Shown: positions 61,251 through 64,000 of the stretch, piece by piece
Position numbering within the stretch: position 1 is the stretch's first letter
Layout: each line of letters opens with the position of its first letter
NCBI GenBank assembly: GCA_004431415.1
Contig: QPMI01000436.1
Coordinates: 186,001 to 250,000, forward strand
Reading direction: 5' to 3'
Source: Cyanophora paradoxa CCMP329
Lineage: Eukaryota; Plantae; Glaucophyta
DNA: 64,000 nucleotides
Notes under the pieces: generated by a model
What the model was told of the DNA's origin: nothing
Database searches by the model: none
What the model saw: only the letters and a program-made list of their open reading frames with translations
Made by a program: the position numbers and the translations under genes

Positions 61251-64000
61251 CCAGGAGCCTTCTAGATCTCATAAACCCAGCTAAGCTCGCTAGGAACCTC
61301 CGGCCCGTCACGGAGTCGCTAGCTACCTATTGGTAAGTCCAGCTAAAGGTACCCGAACTTCAAGAATTCTGTTGGAATCGAACAACCCGGGTTCGATGCC
61401 GCCCCTAGGCAATTTCGCGCTAAGGCCCGCCTACTATTGAGCTCGAGAACCCGGATTCTGAAGTTTCACAGGGGTGCTCTATCTTATATATACGTCTACT
61501 AGGCTATGAAGGCGTTGGAACATGCGCGGAGTCTGTACGCGCCCTGGGCGAGGAGCGCCGGCCCGGCGACCTAGGCCTAGCTATAGCCTAGAGCTTGCGC
61601 TAGGACCTGGCCAATTTCGTGCTCAATATTTTAATTATAATTATTATAATTTGGTGCCACACGGTGGGGATTTTGATCGGGGGGTGCACGTGGGAGCCGG
61701 AATTTCGATAAAATAGCGCAATTTTCGTGTTTATCCCACCCAAAATTAGGTAATTCGATCGGTCTATTTTATGTCGTAATTTTGTCGTAAATTAACACAA
61801 TTCTCACCCGATTTGCACGGATTTCCCCGTACCCCTCGCTTGCCAACTGCCATACATTCTCAACCACCGGTACGTATACGTATACCAGTGGTTGGGTTTG
61901 TATGGCAGCTGGCAGACCGAATTTCTCGGGTTGCCGACTACCAAACGCTGCTCAGACATTATAGCGCATCTACACTGATCATCGGATCTAAAAATGCTTC
62001 CTGAAACGCTTTCTACATGCTTTCCTGCCCCTATATGCATATGACGGATCAAATTGATTTCCTTTCGGCCGGTCGACGTCGCTGCAGAAGAACTCGGCCG
62101 CGGGCGAGCGCTGCTCTCTGCTTCGCTGCTTCCTGCCTGTAGTGCGGAGCGAATGAGCGGGGAGGTGTTATAAATTATATATTGATGCCGCGGAAGGGGT
62201 ACGGGCGTACGTGTGATCCGCTAGCCAGGCTGGAACAGCGATGGTCACTGGCTCCGGGCTTCCGCCAGCTTCCTGGCCCAATTGCAAGAGGCGCGGCACC
62301 GTCAGAAGCCGCTGCGCATGCTCGGGTGGGCGGGGCAGGGACGGCACCGCGATCAGCCTTCCCGGCCGCCGTTGCTGCAGCTACAGCAACGTCTAACCCA
62401 CTGCACCGCCAGTCGAATTCAGTCAGTCATTTCATTCAGTGGATCTCGGAGGGCCGGGGCGACGCACAGTATACGTAGAGCTCTTTGCCGGCGGATGCGT
62501 GCTGCACGGCCAGCGTCAGCGTTGGATCCGCTCCAAAAACTTTTCAATTGAAAACGGCAGAGGGGGAGGGGGGGGGGAGGGGCGAAAAAACGGCAGCGTT
62601 GGATCCGCTCCAAAAAACGGCGGACGAAGCAAGCTAGGGGGGGAGGCCAGGGGGGGAGGGGCGGGACGAAGAAAGCTCGCACGGCCGCGGACGGTTGAGC
62701 AGCGTGTTCGCTGGGAGGCGCCCTCGGGCCCGTGGCGGCGCTGCAGCGCGCCAGCGGCGCGCCGGTGGGGGCGCCCATGGGGGGCTCGGGGAGGACGATG
62801 GCGGCGGCCAGGCAGGCCTGACCGACGTCCTAGGGGGGTACCGGGGCCCCCCAGCACCTCCAGCAGCGCCCTGTGCATCGCCCTGCGCGCCCGGGGTTGA
62901 GGGGGGTACGCCGAGTCCAGTTGTGGGGGGGTACGGGCCTGCTGGCGTGGCTGGGGAGCTCGCTGGCGTGGCTGGGGAGCTCGTGGAAGAAGAGGTCGCC
63001 GAGCCGGCCACCAGAGGCACGTCTGCCGGAGCGGCGCCGGCATCGGGGCGGGGTACGAGGCGCCGCGCCGGGTTCGGGAGGGGTACGGCGCACTGGAGAC
63101 GAGGGAGGAGAGGAGTTCGGGGATGTGTACGAGGGCAGGGAGGGGCGGCGGGGGCGCGCCCTGCGGCTCCGTCAGAGGGCGCGGGGCGGGGCGGGGCGGG
63201 GGGCGGGCGGGAGGGGTCCGAGCGCCTGCATGGCGATGGCGCAGTCTCAGGCGCCGGCCGCGTGCGCCCGGAAGAGGGGCGTGAAGGAGGCCGCCCCGGG
63301 ATCTGCCCCCGCCCCGCCCCGTCAGGCCCCGCGAGGGACGGGCGGGCGGGGCGGGGCAGGCCGAGGAGGGCAACGAGGGAGAAGCGGGCGGGGTGGGCGG
63401 TGGGGGCGGCGAGGAGCGGGGAGTCGACGCGGTGGCGGTGGAGGAGCTGCAGGGCGAGGGCTGCGGGGGCGTCGGCGTGCGCGAAGAGCCTCGCGTAGAT
63501 CAACGAAAGCTCGCTCGGGCGCACGGGAGATCCAAGCCGCTGAGCTTCCTCCGTTGAATCAGCGGATCGGGCGGAGTCTCAGCGGCCAGATGTAGATCGT
63601 GCGCTTTCCTACCGACTTCAACCATCGATACTATATATGATATCTGCGCCCCCCGCGCACCGGCGTCGGCCGCCGCGCCACGGATCTTCCAACTGACCCG
63701 GTGACCCCCCACGCGTCGCAGCTAGCGCGGTCCAACCCCCGAGCTCCGGCGCCCCGGTGGCGGCTCCCGGTCACGCCGGTGCGCATCCCTCGCCGCTCGC
63801 TTCGTCTCAGACGCTTCGTCTCTCAGACGCTCACACGGCTCGACCGGGGACGCGGCAAGGTGCGATACCGGGTACCGACCTTATCTCAGAGTCTAATTAT
63901 ATAATTATAACACGCTGAGAACGTTGGTTGCGCTTGCGAGCGACCTGGCTGCGCGGAAGCCGCAAGACGGTGCACGCGAGATGGGTCGCGCGCGGGGAGC

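Noticed and set aside
62439-63595. Long Pro/Arg/Gly ORFs
   Set aside because: G-rich low-complexity DNA with no supportable product or splice model.

Overview
This is eukaryotic nuclear DNA from a GC-rich, intron-dense organism (short introns, mostly GTGCG...CAG, some GC donors), probably an alga or protist; the taxon cannot be determined from the sequence. Most six-frame ORFs are artefacts of GC-rich repeats. Spliced genes reconstructed by eye: (1) a ~9 kb minus-strand polycystin-2/TRPP-like cation channel with a very long C-terminal tail (1492-10292); (2) a plus-strand secreted or surface protein with an FN3-like domain and (SP)n/PT-rich stalk (39552-~41905); (3) the 3' half of an amino-acid permease (42822-44746, minus); (4) an unknown gene with a possible OB-fold, basic NLS and acidic tail (55779-58265, minus). 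The rest is nested mobile and repeated DNA: Tc1/mariner-type and hAT-type MITEs; two 5'-truncated poly(A) retro-insertions of one family with their own TSDs, a C2H2 plus Pro/Ser-rich ORF and a 3' UUCG stem-loop; an 8.7 kb split-direct-repeat (PAT/Ngaro-like) element inserted without TSD into a MITE; a 3 x ~966 bp tandem array; a ~4.1 kb segmental duplication; and several satellites. The most striking observation is a window-wide mutational signature: a 3-mer X expanded to X-revcomp(X)-X (+6 nt), visible as polymorphisms between repeat copies. All coordinates and splice models are manual and unverified by alignment tools.
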